Source: Eledone cirrhosa (lineage: Eukaryota). Taken from it: DNA of 64,000 nt. The stretch covers positions 18,166,001-18,230,000 of the forward strand of contig OZ024759.1 in the NCBI GenBank assembly GCA_964016885.1. Reading direction: 5' to 3'. A program made the translations under genes and the position numbers. The stretch's first letter is position 1; each line of letters starts with the position of its first letter. Under the pieces are notes generated by a model. That model saw only the letters and a program-made list of their open reading frames with translations. It had not been told where the DNA came from and searched no databases. Below, one piece after another: positions 12,068-26,084 of this stretch.

Positions 12068-12710
12068 CATATAATAATTGTTTCCACTTTTGGCACAAGG
12101 CCAGCAACTATCCCAGTGTATTATCATATAATAATTGTTTCCACTTTTGGTACAAGGCCAGCAACTATCCCAGTGTATTATCATATAATAATTGTTTCTA
12201 CTTTCGGCACAAGGCCAGCAAATAGCCCAGTGCATTACTGGTACTTTATTTTATCGACCCCTTAAGGATGAAAGCAAAGCTACCCTCAACGGGATTTGAA
12301 CTCAGAACATATCATATCATATCATATAATTGTTTCTACTTTAGGCACAGGGCCAGCAATTACCTCAGTGCATTACTGGTACTTTATTTTATCGACCCCT
12401 TAAGGATGAAAGGCAAAGCTACCCTCAACGGGATTTGAACTCAGAACATATCATATCATATCATATAATTGTTTCTACTTTAGGCACAGGGCCAGCAATT
12501 ACCTCAGTGCATTACTGGTACTTTATTTTATCGACCCCTTAAGGATGAAAGGCAAAGCTACCCTCAACGGGATTTGAACTCAGAACATATCATATCATAT
12601 CATATAATTGTTTCTACTTTAGGCACAGGGCCAGCAATTACCTCAGTGCATTACTGGTCCTTTATTTTATCGACCCCTTAAGGATGAAAGGCAAAGTCAA
12701 CCTCAGCGGG
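12068..12710 (-). mobile_element. Tandemly amplified SINE A 3' ends
   Basis: About 58-bp tail units followed by about 140-bp units of core plus tail, separated by (atatc)n. Confidence 0.8.
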
Positions 12711-13127
12711 ATAATAATAAATTTATACTCCACCCAATGTAAGCCTCTTTATTGACAAGGATGGTATGGCTGAATGTTTGACAGTTTAGTGTAGATATCA
12801 TAAAACTCTCCCAAATCATCTTGGTGACACTGACAAACAAGCTGCTGACTGCTGATAGCCAAGAGTGTATATATGACAGTTCATCTATGCTGACAGTAAC
12901 TAACAGACTGCTGTGAACCACAGGTGTGTTTTCATTGCTCAGCTGGGGTGAAACTGACTAACAAATAGACTGCTGTGAAGCAGAAGTGTGTTTTCACAGC
13001 TTAGCAAAGGCATATTCAATCATTTATTTAATCCAGAGGTTCTCAAACTTTCGCCCCTGCTTCACAACCATTTACTACCCTCAGCGCCTCCAACCCTATT
13101 TCCAGAGAGACTGTTCACTTTCCTGAT

Positions 13128-13760
13128 ATTTGTACATTATTCTATGTACTATACATGCATTTGTACATTATTCTATGTACTATACATGCATTTGTACATT
13201 ATTCTATGTACTATACATGCATTTGTACATTATTCTATGTACTATACATGCATTTGTACATTATTCTATGTACTATACATGCATTTGTACATTATTCTAT
13301 GTACTATACATGCATTTGTACATTATTCTATGTACTATACATGCATTTGTACATTATTCTATGTACTATACATGCATTTGTACATTATTCTATGTACTAT
13401 ACATGCATTTGTACATTATTCTATGTACTATACATGCATTTGTACATTATTCTATGTACTATACATGCATTTGTACATTATTCTATGTACTATACATGCA
13501 TTTGTACATTATTCTATGTAGTTCGGACGCCATGCTTTGACGCATAGAGTTACGGCCCTTGCCATTCTGAGTTCAAATCCCGCCGAGGTTAACTTTGCCT
13601 TTCATCCTTACGGGGTCGATAAAATAAAGTACCAGTAATGTACTGGGTAATTTTCTGGCCTTGTGCCAATAGTAGAAACAATTATTCTATGTACTATACA
13701 TGCATTTGTACATTATTCTATGTACTATACATGCATTTGTACATTATTCTATGTACTATA
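13128..13760. repeat. 31-bp minisatellite interrupted by a SINE A (about 13521-13683)
   Basis: (atttgtacattattctatgtactatacatgc)n. Confidence 0.92.
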
Positions 13761-14010
13761 CGATGCAGTGTGGAATCATTCAAATTGCAGCTGGATAGAT
13801 ACTTAAGCACCATTAGAGATGAACCCCATCTCCCAGGATATACACAACGAGCACAAACTGACTCAAACTCGCTCCTACACATGTCAAGATTAAACAGAGA
13901 ATCCAACCTGGCAACCACACCAGACTCTGAGAGTGGAGTCTTCGACTTGGCCTGAGCATGGACTCAAACTCAAATGAAATGAAATGAAATGAAATGAAAT
14001 GAAATGAAAT
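13760..14010 (+). mobile_element. CR1/L2-group LINE 3' end
   Basis: Encodes SVESFKLQLDRYLSTIRDEP...SNSL, followed by a (GAAAT)n tail. Confidence 0.72.
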
Positions 14011-14494
14011 GCACCTTTGCTGAGTTGTAGTGCACCTGAGCACTGTACACAATAATTTTCAATATTATTTTTATGAATATAATAATTGTTTCTACTTTTG
14101 GTACATTTATTTTATCAACCCCATAAGGATGAAAGGCAAAGGTAACCCCAGCGGGATTTGAACTCAGATCATAAGGGACCGTAACTCTTTGCTGCAAAGC
14201 ATGGCATCCGACCCTCTACCGATACTGCCAATCCACCACCCTTTTATTAATATAATAATAACATCACTCAAAGAAAATATAACATTACATTGAAAAATAT
14301 ACATTGCAAGATTAGAAGGAAATTCAGATTCAAAGTAGATGATCGAAGTTAACATCCCTAGCCTAAAGCTGTTTTTTGAAAAATGACTGTTGTATGAATG
14401 TGTGTGGGGTCTCTTGGTGCAAACTGAACATGTAATAGAGGAGCTTAGGAGACAGTGTATGCAAGTAACAGTGGACAGGAGATTAAAAGAAGGA

Positions 14495-15659
<1,165 letters not shown>

Positions 15660-15986
15660 CATTGATCTTGCTATATGATATGATGATAATAGAGTAGAAG
15701 TAAGGAAGATGTGAAGAGTTAGGTAACTTTTTAGTGTGGATCAGGCTTGAGGAAGGTGATATCAGAGAAAGTGAGATGTGAGATGTATTGTTGTGAAAGG
15801 GGGAGTAGAGATATCAAACTTGCTTAAGAGATTCAGAAATATATATATATATATATGCAAAAGTTTTATTTAAAATTGTTGGGTTACAACGAGTAAATAT
15901 TTTATAACTGATATAAAAGCACTCAACAGGTTTTGGAGTATTTTACGATATAAAACAAATGGAAACTACATTTATAAAACCATATT

Positions 15987-16052
15987 TATTCCATTATATA
16001 TATTTCAGGGATATCATATTAAAAATATGGTATGCCCTCTTCAGATAAAATA
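15987..16052 (-). ncRNA. Type I hammerhead ribozyme (P1)
   Basis: Reverse complement reads tattttat-CTGAAGA-GGGCATACCATATT(ttt)AATATGATATCCCT-GAAATATATATA-atggaata. Confidence 0.75.
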
Positions 16053-16163
16053 CAATATATAAACAGTTTTATAAATAAATTTGACTACCATAACAACTTT
16101 TTAAATGGAAGTTGTAAAATTCTAAGGTATGTCAAATTTATTTATAAAACTGTTTATATATTG

Positions 16164-16229
16164 TATTTTATCTGAAGAGGGCATACCATATTTTTAATAT
16201 GATATCCCTGAAATATATTTAATGAAATA
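16164..16229 (+). ncRNA. Type I hammerhead ribozyme (P1)
   Basis: tattttat-CTGAAGA-stem II-GAAATATATTTA-atgaaata, with one stem III mismatch. Confidence 0.68.
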
Positions 16230-16299
16230 AATATGGTTTTATAAATTTAGTTTCCATTTGTTTTATATCGTATATATATATATATATATTATTATTCTG

Positions 16300-16860
16300 C
16301 TGCTGATGATGATGATGATTCTTCTTTTTCTTCTGCTGCTGATGATGATGATGATGATGATGATTCTCCTCCTCCCTCTTCTTCCACTTCTTCTTTTCCT
16401 TCTTCTTCTTTTCCTTCTTCTTCTTATTCTTTGCCTTCTTCTTTGCCTTCTTCTTCTTATTCTTTGCCTTCTTCTTTGCCTTCTTCTTCTTTGCCTTTTA
16501 CTTCTTCTTCTTCTTCTTCTTCTTCTTTTTCTTTTTCTTCTTCTTTTTCTTCGCCTTCTTCTTCTTCTTCTTTGCCTTCTTTTCCTTCTTTTTCTTCTTC
16601 TTCTTCTTTGCCTTCTTTTCCTTCTCCTTTTCCTTCTTCTTCTTCTTCTTCTTCTTTTCTTTCTTCTTCTTCTTCTTCTTCTTCTTCTTCTTCTTCTTCT
16701 TCTTTTCTTTCTTCTTCTTCTTCTTCTTTTCTTTCTTCTTCTTCTTCTTCTTCTTTTCCTTCTTCTTCTTCTTCTTTGCCTTCTTCTTCTTTTCCTTCTT
16801 CTTCATCTTCTTCTTCTTCTTCATCTTCTTCTTCTTCTTTTCCTTCTTCTTCTTCTTCTT
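16300..16860. repeat. (CTT)n microsatellite
   Basis: Read directly from the sequence. A similar tract lies at 62305-62750. Confidence 0.95.
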
Positions 16861-16949
16861 CTCCTCCCCACCCCTCACCCCTCCTGCTGCCGCTGCTGCA
16901 TCTTCTTATCGTTGCTATTTTGCACGTTACCGGAGGTTTATCAACATCA

Positions 16950-18270
16950 TTGGTAGTGTGCTGGACAACATGCTTTGCAGCATTTAGTTACATGCCCTTA
17001 TGTTCTGAGTTCAAATCCCACCGAGGTCAGCTTTGCCTTTTATCCTTATAAAATAAAGTACCAGTAATGCACTTTGGTCGATTTAATTGACTTTTCCCTC
17101 CCCAAAAAAATTGTTGGCTTTGTGCCTAAATCAGAAACCATCATTAATGATAATAATAATGTTTCTACTTTTGGGACCTGGCCAGCAATTATCCCAGTAC
17201 ATTACTGGTACTTTATTTTATCATCCCTGTAAGGATGAAAGGCAAAGTGAGCCTCAGCGGGATTTGAACTCAGCCCATAAAGGGGCGTAACTCTATGCTG
17301 CAAAGCATGGCGTCTGACCTTCTACTGATACTGATAATAATCCTGATAATAATGATAATAATAATATTAATATATTTGAGGCACAAGGCCAGCAATTTGG
17401 GGCAGGCGAAATTTGATTAAATCAACCCCATTGCATTACTGGTATTTTATTTTATTGACTCCGTAAGGATAAAAGGCAAAGCTTAGCTCAGTGGGATTTG
17501 AGCTGAGAACATACAGGTCCATAACTATATGCTTTGAAGCATAGTGTCTGACCCTCTACTGATTCTGCCAATGCACCACCTGTAATTAATGATAATAATT
17601 GTTTCTACTTTTGGCACAAGGCCAGCAATTGCTCAGTGTATTACTGGTACTTTATTTTATTGATCCCGTAAGGATGAAAGGCAAAGTTAACCTCGGCGGG
17701 ATATGAACTCAGACCATAAAGGGCCGTAACTCTTTGCTATAAAGCATGGCGGGATTTGAACTCAACCCGTAAAGGGACGTAACTCTGTGCTGCAAAGCAT
17801 ATTGTCCAACCCTCTACCGATACTGCCAATCCACCGCCTTATTAATGGTAATAATGATAATAATAATGATATATTTGAGACACAGATAATGAAGTAGTTC
17901 CAGAAAACTGATCTTTTAATCTGTCAGAATATTGCCCCCCCGCAAAGGTCTCTGGTAGTTTTAGTTAAGTCGAGTTGAATGGAGACTGTTTCTTCCTTAA
18001 TCTCAGACATTGATATGTTCTCCAGGGTACTTTGAAGGTGATCTTTATCATCATCATTGTCATGATGATGATGATAACAATAATTGTTTCTACTTTTGGC
18101 ACAAGGCCAGCAATTACCCAGTGCATTACTGGTACTTTATTTTACCGACCCCGTAAGGATGAAAGGCAAAGTTAACCTCGGCGGGATTTGAACTCAGAAT
18201 GTAAAGGGACGTAACTATGCTAGAAAACATGGCGTCCAACCCTCTACCGACACTGCCAATTCACCGCCCT
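16950..18270. mobile_element. Cluster of about five SINE A copies, mostly minus strand
   Basis: Repeated family A consensus separated by (TAA/TGA)n. Confidence 0.8.
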
Positions 18271-18326
18271 AATGATGATAACAATAATGACATTCTATAG
18301 GTTTAGCATATCTCTGTGCTTGTGTG

Positions 18327-18358
<32 letters not shown>

Positions 18359-18803
18359 GTTATAGTTCAGTTGAAGCATTGTGTAATGAGGTATAAACGT
18401 TTGAATTTGTAAAGCCAAACAATGCAGGTCTAGACATAGAATTAAAAAAATACAAATGCAAAAGATATTGTTGACAATTAGTCAACCTTAGATTTATTTA
18501 AATGTGCTTATTTAAATGTCATAATGACTTGGCAAGCTATTTAGGACACTAATCTTAACTCTTTGATATTAGAGTTAGAACAGATACTCTATACCATTTC
18601 CTTTCAGCATGACTTGGCAAGCTATTTAGAACACTGGTTTAACCACTTTACTTCCCTCCGAAGAAGAGATATTATCTCGAAAATTAAGGACATTTAAATA
18701 AATCTAAGGTAAAAGACTAATTGTCAACAATATCTTTTGCTTTTGCATTTTTTTTATTCTATGTCCATACCTGCATTGTTTGACTTTACAAATTCAAACG
18801 TTT
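18359..18803 (-). mobile_element. Penelope-like fold-back insertion with degenerate hammerhead (family P5)
   Basis: Inverted arms at about 18395-18505 and 18690-18803. cct-CCGAAGA-AGAGAT(att)ATCTC-GAAAATTA-agg lies at 18655-18689. A diverged relative is at about 36885-37110. Confidence 0.6.
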
Positions 18804-18815
18804 TTTTATATATAT

Positions 18816-19469
18816 AATTGAATAAATTCAATAAACACATGTATGTTTATATTAGTGTTCATCTCTCTTGTTTATTCAATTATATTGTACGACTCGGAAA
18901 AGCTTTTCTCTTAGAGCTATTTAATTGTAAGAGACTACCCTGAGTTCTTAACTCAATATATATTTGTCGGCTCCATCATGTAGAGCTAATTTTTAATGTC
19001 CTGACAGCCAGGCTGCTATTTTTAGTGGCAGGGAATTTCGAGACAAGCTGGGTTCCAAATGACACGTGCGATAATTCATATCGTACACAATTCATTCTCT
19101 AATATTTTTAGAAGTGAAAGGATCACTAATTTCTCAACAACTACTGAGGAGCAGAGAAACGTGAGAACTTCACTTAAGTGGTTGCGAAACAGTCTGCAAC
19201 ACTGTCTAGTTGTTACCAGGCATTTTGCCCAATATAGGTCTGTTATTTTTCTTAATTTTTCTTAATTTAATATTTAAAGTTAAGGATAACAAACTATATT
19301 ACTGTAGTTAGTATTTTTTCACTCTAGCAAATTTGGTCCTTACAATTCGAACACATGTATGTTTATATTAGTGTTCATCTCTCTTGTTTATTCAATTATA
19401 TTGTACGGCTCGGAAAAGCTTTTTTCTTAGAGCTATTTAATTGTAAGAGACTACCCTGAGTTTTTAACT

Positions 19470-19476
<7 letters not shown>
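18816..19476 (+). mobile_element. Non-coding partial-tandem Penelope-like pLTR / retrozyme-like element
   Basis: 127-bp direct repeats at 18834-18960 and 19350-19476 (period 516), an internal hammerhead, an 11-nt inverted 5' piece (aattgaataaa) and (TA)n flanks. Confidence 0.75.
19136..19214 (+). ncRNA. Type I hammerhead ribozyme, canonical core
   Basis: Stem I aacaacta/tagttgtt (8 bp), CTGAGGA, stem II closed by GCA/TGC, GAAA, stem III ACAGT/ACTGT with a 7-nt loop, and a GTC triplet. Predicted cleavage is after C19206. Confidence 0.88.
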
Positions 19477-19526
<50 letters not shown>

Positions 19527-19571
19527 TATATATATAGCTTTACTGTGGCTACAACTTCAGTTGATACCTGT

Positions 19572-19599
<28 letters not shown>

Positions 19600-19603
<4 letters not shown>

Positions 19604-19810
19604 TTTTTCATTCGCACCGTTTCCTTTTGCTATATGTCTCTCCACCACTCCCCTACACACCTTTTGAACTCTGTTCCCACACACTTCTCACCTGAAGAAG
19701 GGCTTATGCCCGAAACGTCGTCCCCCACCTACCCCCCACTCTCCTGAGCGTGAATTTAATAAACATTTATTGTACTGCCTCTCTGTTCTGTCCCTGTTCA
19801 ATTTTTCATT
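19600..19810 (+). mobile_element. Penelope-like pLTR fragment with minimal hammerhead (family P3)
   Basis: CTGAAGA-AGGGC(ttat)GCCC-GAAACGTC at 19692-19719, AATAAA at 19758, TA-flanked. Stem I is only 2 bp. Confidence 0.68.
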
Positions 19811-19836
19811 ATATATATATATATATATATATATAT

Positions 19837-20049
19837 CAAAGTAACCGAGATATCATTTGAGCTTACCTAAGCTCAGGTTTTGAGTAATCTGTACCAAGGA
19901 ATATTTCAGCGTACAATGATAGTTGACTCAACAAGATGCTTACTTAGTTCGGTTTTTGGGGGGATAGATTTCTAAAAGTTCCGTGGTTAGTAGTTCTTGG
20001 AGTATTAATAACAGGTAAAAGGATGATTAATCATCCTTTTACCTGTTAT
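19837..20049 (-). repeat. Diverged relative of 5301-5677 ending in a perfect 42-bp palindrome
   Basis: Palindrome at 20008-20049, ataacaggtaaaaggatgatt|aatcatccttttacctgttat. Confidence 0.75.
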
Positions 20050-20865
20050 ACATATGAGTTGATTAAATTACAGGTGATAAACGTGAGTTTTTAACTCCGT
20101 TTTTTAATTTGATATATATATGTATATATATATATATTAGGAATGTAACACTTCATCATACAAATGAAACAGTTCTAAGCTTATAGAAATTATTTCGGTA
20201 TAACATAAACAATGCCTATACTTTACCAGTGCATTGAGTACTTTTTTCATCTCTGTTTACTCCCCGACACAACTAAGGAATTTACATTTTACATATCATC
20301 ATCATTATCATCACCGTTTAATATCCATCTTTCCATGCTACCTTAGGGCAGAGCAAGATTTAAACTATATGTTGATATGCTCCAGGAAGTAAGTAACCAA
20401 TGTATGAAATTTGAACAAAATCAGATGGAAACTGTGGAAATGCATTGACTACATATGGACAGACAGACATTTTCGTTTTTATATATCTCTATATATATAT
20501 AGATGACAATTGTTTTGATATTGATTTGATCAGGGTTCAATTATTGCCTTCTATTTCTTTATTATTTTTATTTTATATCTTATATTATACATTTTTATTT
20601 TATATCTTACCCATCTGTCTGTCCTTTTATCTACTCATCTCCTTACCCCCACACCCCCAAATAAGTGTGTATAAAAGAATCGCTTGACTTCTTTTAACAG
20701 ATAGAATACGTTCTGCGTCTATGAACGCATGTCTGATGAGATGTTGATGCATAGTCGGGCCCTGAAAATTTTGATTGAACCCTGAGCTGATCGATATTAA
20801 AATAATTGTCATATAGTTATAAAGTTTATATATGGTGGAACTTTGATTTCATTCCTGCTTACTAG

Positions 20866-20917
<52 letters not shown>

Positions 20918-21185
20918 ATAAGTATGTGTAATATATATTATATATATATATATATATATAATTATATATATATATATAATTATATATATATATATATAAA
21001 TTATATAATTTATATATATTGTTACATTATATATATATACATATATATTATATATATTTTTTAGAAATATATTCGTATATATATGTACGTTCATATTATG
21101 TGTGTGTTGATATTAGATATATATATACATATATATATATATTAGACACATCTATACACACCCATATATATATATATATATATTA

Positions 21186-21230
<45 letters not shown>

Positions 21231-21589
21231 TATATATCATATATATATCAGATATATATCATATATATATCATATATATATCATATATATATATATATAT
21301 TAGACATATCAATAGATATATATATATATGTATATATATATAGAGAGAGATTTTATTGTATTTTATCATTTATTGAACAATTTCTGTGTTCATTGTTCGC
21401 AAGAAAACATCAGCTTTGTTTTACTTCAAATGTGAGGGTGTCTCAAAAAATTTACTTTGTAAATTGATGTAATTACACTGCATCATTAGTGATTACCATT
21501 TTAATAACTTTTCTCTTTATTAATATGATAATTACAGTGAAATCATTGTACTAATAGCAGTACTGCTTTAGCACACACACATACTCTCA

Positions 21590-22860
21590 CACACAAGCTT
21601 ACTGACACATACACACTCACGCATAGACACAAGCATACAAGTATATAGGCATATACAGACATATAAAGAATTACAGACACAAGCATGCATATAAACACAC
21701 ACACAAGCTTACTGACAGATACACACTCACGCATAGACACAAGCATACAAGTATGTAGGCATATACAGACATATAAAGAATTACGGACACAAGCATGCAT
21801 ATAAACACACACAAGCTTACTGACAGATACACACTCACGCATAGACACAAGCATACAAGTATGTAGGCATATAAAGACATATAAAGAATTATAGATACAA
21901 GCATGCATATAAACACACACACAAGCTTACTGGCACATACACACTCACGCATAGACACAAGCATGCAAATAAACACACACACAAGCTTACTGACACATAC
22001 ACACTCACGCATAGACACAAACATGCATATAAACACACACACAAGCTTACTGACAGATACACACTCACGCATAGACAGAAGCATACAAGTATGTAGGCAT
22101 ATACAGACATATAAAGAATTACAGACACAAGCATGCATATAAACACACACACAAGCTTACTGACACATACACACTCATGCATAGACACAAGCATGCATAT
22201 AAACACACACACAAGCTTACTGACACATACACACACACAAGCTTACTGACACATACACACTCACGCATAGACACAAGCATACATATAAACACACACACAA
22301 GCTTACTGACACATACACACTCACGCATAGACACAAGCATGCATATAAACACACACACAAGCTTACTGACACATACACACTCACGCATAGACACAAGCAT
22401 GCATATAAACACACACACAAGCTTACTGACACATACACACTCACGCATAGACACAAGCATGCATATAAACACACACACAAGCTTACTGACACATACACAC
22501 TCACGCATAGACACAAGCATGCATATAAACACACACACAAGCTTACTGTCACATACACACTCACGCATAGACACAAGCATGCATATAAACACACACACAA
22601 GCTTACTGACACATACACACTCAAGCATAGACACAAACATACAGATATTAAGGCATATACAGACGCGCACACGCATATAAGCAACACAAAAGTTTACTGA
22701 TGCATACACACTCATGCATACTGATACATATACACTCACGCATAGACACAAGCATACAGGTATACAAACACTGATATATATATATATACGCACATACCCA
22801 CCTACTGACAGATACACACTCACACATAGACACAAACATAGAGGCATACAGACACACACA
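21590..22860. repeat. ~60-bp CA-rich minisatellite
   Basis: (acacacacaagcttactgacacatacacactcacgcatagacacaagcatgcatataaac)n. Confidence 0.9.
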
Positions 22861-23068
22861 CCATCACCATCACCACCATCATCATTATCCTCACTATCAC
22901 CACCACCACCACCATCAATATCCTCACCACCATCATCACCACCACCACCATCGCCATCACCATTATCACCTTCACCACCATCATCATCATCATCACCATT
23001 ATCACTATCTCCACCGTCTTCATCAACACTATCACCTTATTCATCACCATCATCTATATCTACACCAC

Positions 23069-23101
<33 letters not shown>

Positions 23102-24360
23102 TATCATCAGAATTATCTCTGTCTCTACCATTGTCACCATCATCATCATCTTGATCAACCATTATCACCATTACCACCTTCATCATTATCGCCATCATCA
23201 CCATCTTCATACCATCACCATCACCACCACCACCATCACCATCTTCATACCATCATCACCACCACCACCATCACCATCACCATCACCACCACCACCACCA
23301 TCACCATCTTCATACCATCACCATCACCACCACCATCACCGTCTTCATACCATCACCATCTTCATACCATCACCATCACCACCACCGTCACCATCTTCAT
23401 ACCATCACCATCACCACCACCACCATCACCATCACCATCTTCATATCACCATCACCACCACCACCATCACCATCACCACCACCACCATCACCATCACCAC
23501 CACCACCATCACCATCTTCATACCATCACCATCACCACCACCATCACCGTCTTCATACCATCACCATCACCATCTTCATACCATCACCATCATCACCACC
23601 ACCACCATCACCACCACCACCATCACCATCTTCATACCATCACCATCACCATCACCACCACCATCACCATCTTTATACCATCATCACCACCACCACCATC
23701 ACCATCTTCATACCATCACCATCACCACCACCACCATCACCATCTTTATACCATCACCACCACCACCACCACCATCACCATCTTCATACCATCACCATCA
23801 CCACCACCATCACCATCTTTATACCATCACCACCACCACCACCATCACCATCTTTATACCATCATCACCACCACCACCATCACCATCTTCATACCATCAC
23901 CATCACCACCACCACCATCACCATCTTTATACCATCACCACCACCACCACCACCATCACCATCTTCATACCATCACCATCCTCACCACCACCACCATCAC
24001 CATCTTCATACCATCACCATCACCACCACCACCATCACCATCTTTATACCATCACCATCATCACTATTATCATCATCGCCATCATAACCATCACTATCAT
24101 TTTCATTATCATTTCCACCAACCCCTTCATCAGTATCATTCACCACCATCATCCCCATTTTAACCATCATCATCATCATAATCATCATCACCACCACCAC
24201 CACCACCATCATCCCCATTTTCACCATCATCATCATCATCATCGTGATCTCCAACATCAACAACACCACCACCACCACCACCATCTTCATCATCTTGATC
24301 ACCTTTATCACCATTACAACCATCACGTTCCCCACCATCTTCACCATCTGTCATCAACAT
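22860..24360. repeat. (CAC/CAT)n compound microsatellite
   Basis: Read directly from the sequence. Confidence 0.95.
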
Positions 24361-24566
24361 CATTAATATATATTAATAACCACCATTATGACAAAGTTAT
24401 TAGTGTAATGCCAATGAGTTAGCAGAGGTGACAAATGGTATGATAAATGGCTAGCACCATTTATTTTAATGAAATTTATATTATTTTTTTTATTCCTCAT
24501 TCAATGTCAATAAAAACCCAACACTTGATATAACTTATCTTTGTAATGCCTCCTCATTCAGGTCCC

Positions 24567-25040
24567 TTGTGTTGATGAAGATCACACCGCTGTCCTCCTT
24601 TAGGGGGCAAGGACTGGCAGTTTTTATCTGCCTGGTGGCCATCGCGAATGAGTGGTGGACGCATTTGAAAGGGTTGAAGACAGCCACTTTCCTCTTTGGT
24701 GAAGCCCTGATTAACTTTTTCAGATTTCACTTGAAGAGTAAAGTCAGGGTGGAGAAGGAAGTGCTGCCTTCCAGCTAGTTTGTTGAAAGGTGGGTCCGTG
24801 TTGATGGGCTTGCCTTGAGCATATGCCTGTAGATTGGAGTAGAAAAACTGGGCGAGGGCACTTTGCCCTAGCGGACAGAGTGACCGTAGGTTTTGTGGGA
24901 TTTCTTCATGAGTGACCCTTAGAATCTCCTCACCTTTGGAGAATTGTTATGTTTGTTTTGAATGTTTATTTTCTTAGTCTCTTTTATAAATTTTATTTTA
25001 TGTTCCTTAATGTGAGCCCTGTGTGGCTAATAAAGAAATT
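24567..25040 (+). mobile_element. Tx1/L1-like LINE 3' end, decayed
   Basis: Encodes LVAIANEWW...LINFFRFHLKSKVRVEKE...FVERW, with a 3'UTR ending tgtggctaataaa. Related ends lie at 33895-34258 and about 25400-25560. Confidence 0.62.
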
Positions 25041-26084
25041 ATTATTATTATCATTATTGTACATTATCATTATTGTACATTATTGAACATTATCATTATT
25101 ATTATCATTATTGTACATTATTGTACATTATTATTATCATTATTGTACATTCATTCAGCTTCTAACATCCATTATTTTTCGAGTACTCTCCGGAGTATTC
25201 AAGCTCGTCCAAGCAATGCTTTCTCTTCTAATTATTTCATCCATATTGCAATCCCTATTTGATTTATGTACTTCTCAAGATCTTTACTCACTGTTCACAC
25301 GACTCTAACTATTATTGGTATTACCACCACCTATTTCAAGGACCACCCAAGCTAACCTGTCATTTCTATCAATTTTTTCAATTTGTCTCCTACTTTATCA
25401 CATGCTATTATTGGGGAATTTTCCTTTGTTTCATTTTTTTTGTTACATCCTTTGTTTTTGTTTTATATTTTTTTTTTACACACAGAAACGCCCATTTGTA
25501 CCAACCTGTGCTGTCCTTCATGTTATACTTTCTGTCAACCCTTGTGGTTAATAAAGGAAACATTATTATTATTATTATTATCAATAGAAGACCCGCCTTA
25601 CCTAAATATATATAGTAAAACCTACTCCAGCCAGTAGGCATCTCTAACAAAATACACCCCGTCCCACCACCCCCACCCCCACCCCATCCACACCACCCCG
25701 TTCTATGTAAAGTTATGTTGGTGCCGCGCCATCCAGGCCGAAACAAATGAGATCGTGTAGGTGTCACGACAAAAAAACACACAGTCCACGCTGTAATGTG
25801 GCCGTGTAGGCAACACGGTAAAAACCTCCCAGACCCACACTGTAAATGTGGTTGGTGTTAGGAAGGGCATCCAACTGTAGAAAACCTGCCAGACAGTCCT
25901 ATGCGAGCAAGACAATCACTCTTGCCTCAAGTGGGACTACCCCCGTCCAAACCCATGCGAGCGTGGAACACGGACGTTAAACGTTGATGAGGATGATGAT
26001 GATTAGAGTGCTGGATTGGGAGTATTGGTAGGGCATCGGACAACATACTTTGCAGTATACAGTTACATCACTTTATGTTCTGAT

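Larger units (their letters stand above)
15856..16271 (-). mobile_element. Second family-P1 insertion, opposite orientation, with inverted duplicate
   Basis: Highly similar to 6700-7097 and TA-flanked. Hammerheads at 15987-16052 (-) and 16164-16229 (+) have CTGAAGA and GAAA cores. Confidence 0.72.

Noticed and set aside
20404-20448. MKFE peptide resembling the upstream INPP5F exon (RGMKFENV)
   Set aside because: The continuation does not match and hits a stop; the context resembles the Helitron-like repeat.
20725-20795. Possible box C/D snoRNA (ctgatga...ctga) or exon after ttttaacag
   Set aside because: No terminal stem or recognisable rRNA antisense element, and stops in all three frames after the AG.
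23151-24422. 423-aa His/Thr/Pro-rich ORF, and the poly-L/S/K/D ORFs at 16.3, 56.0 and 62.3 kb
   Set aside because: Trinucleotide repeats that are stop-free in several frames, with no splice or domain evidence.
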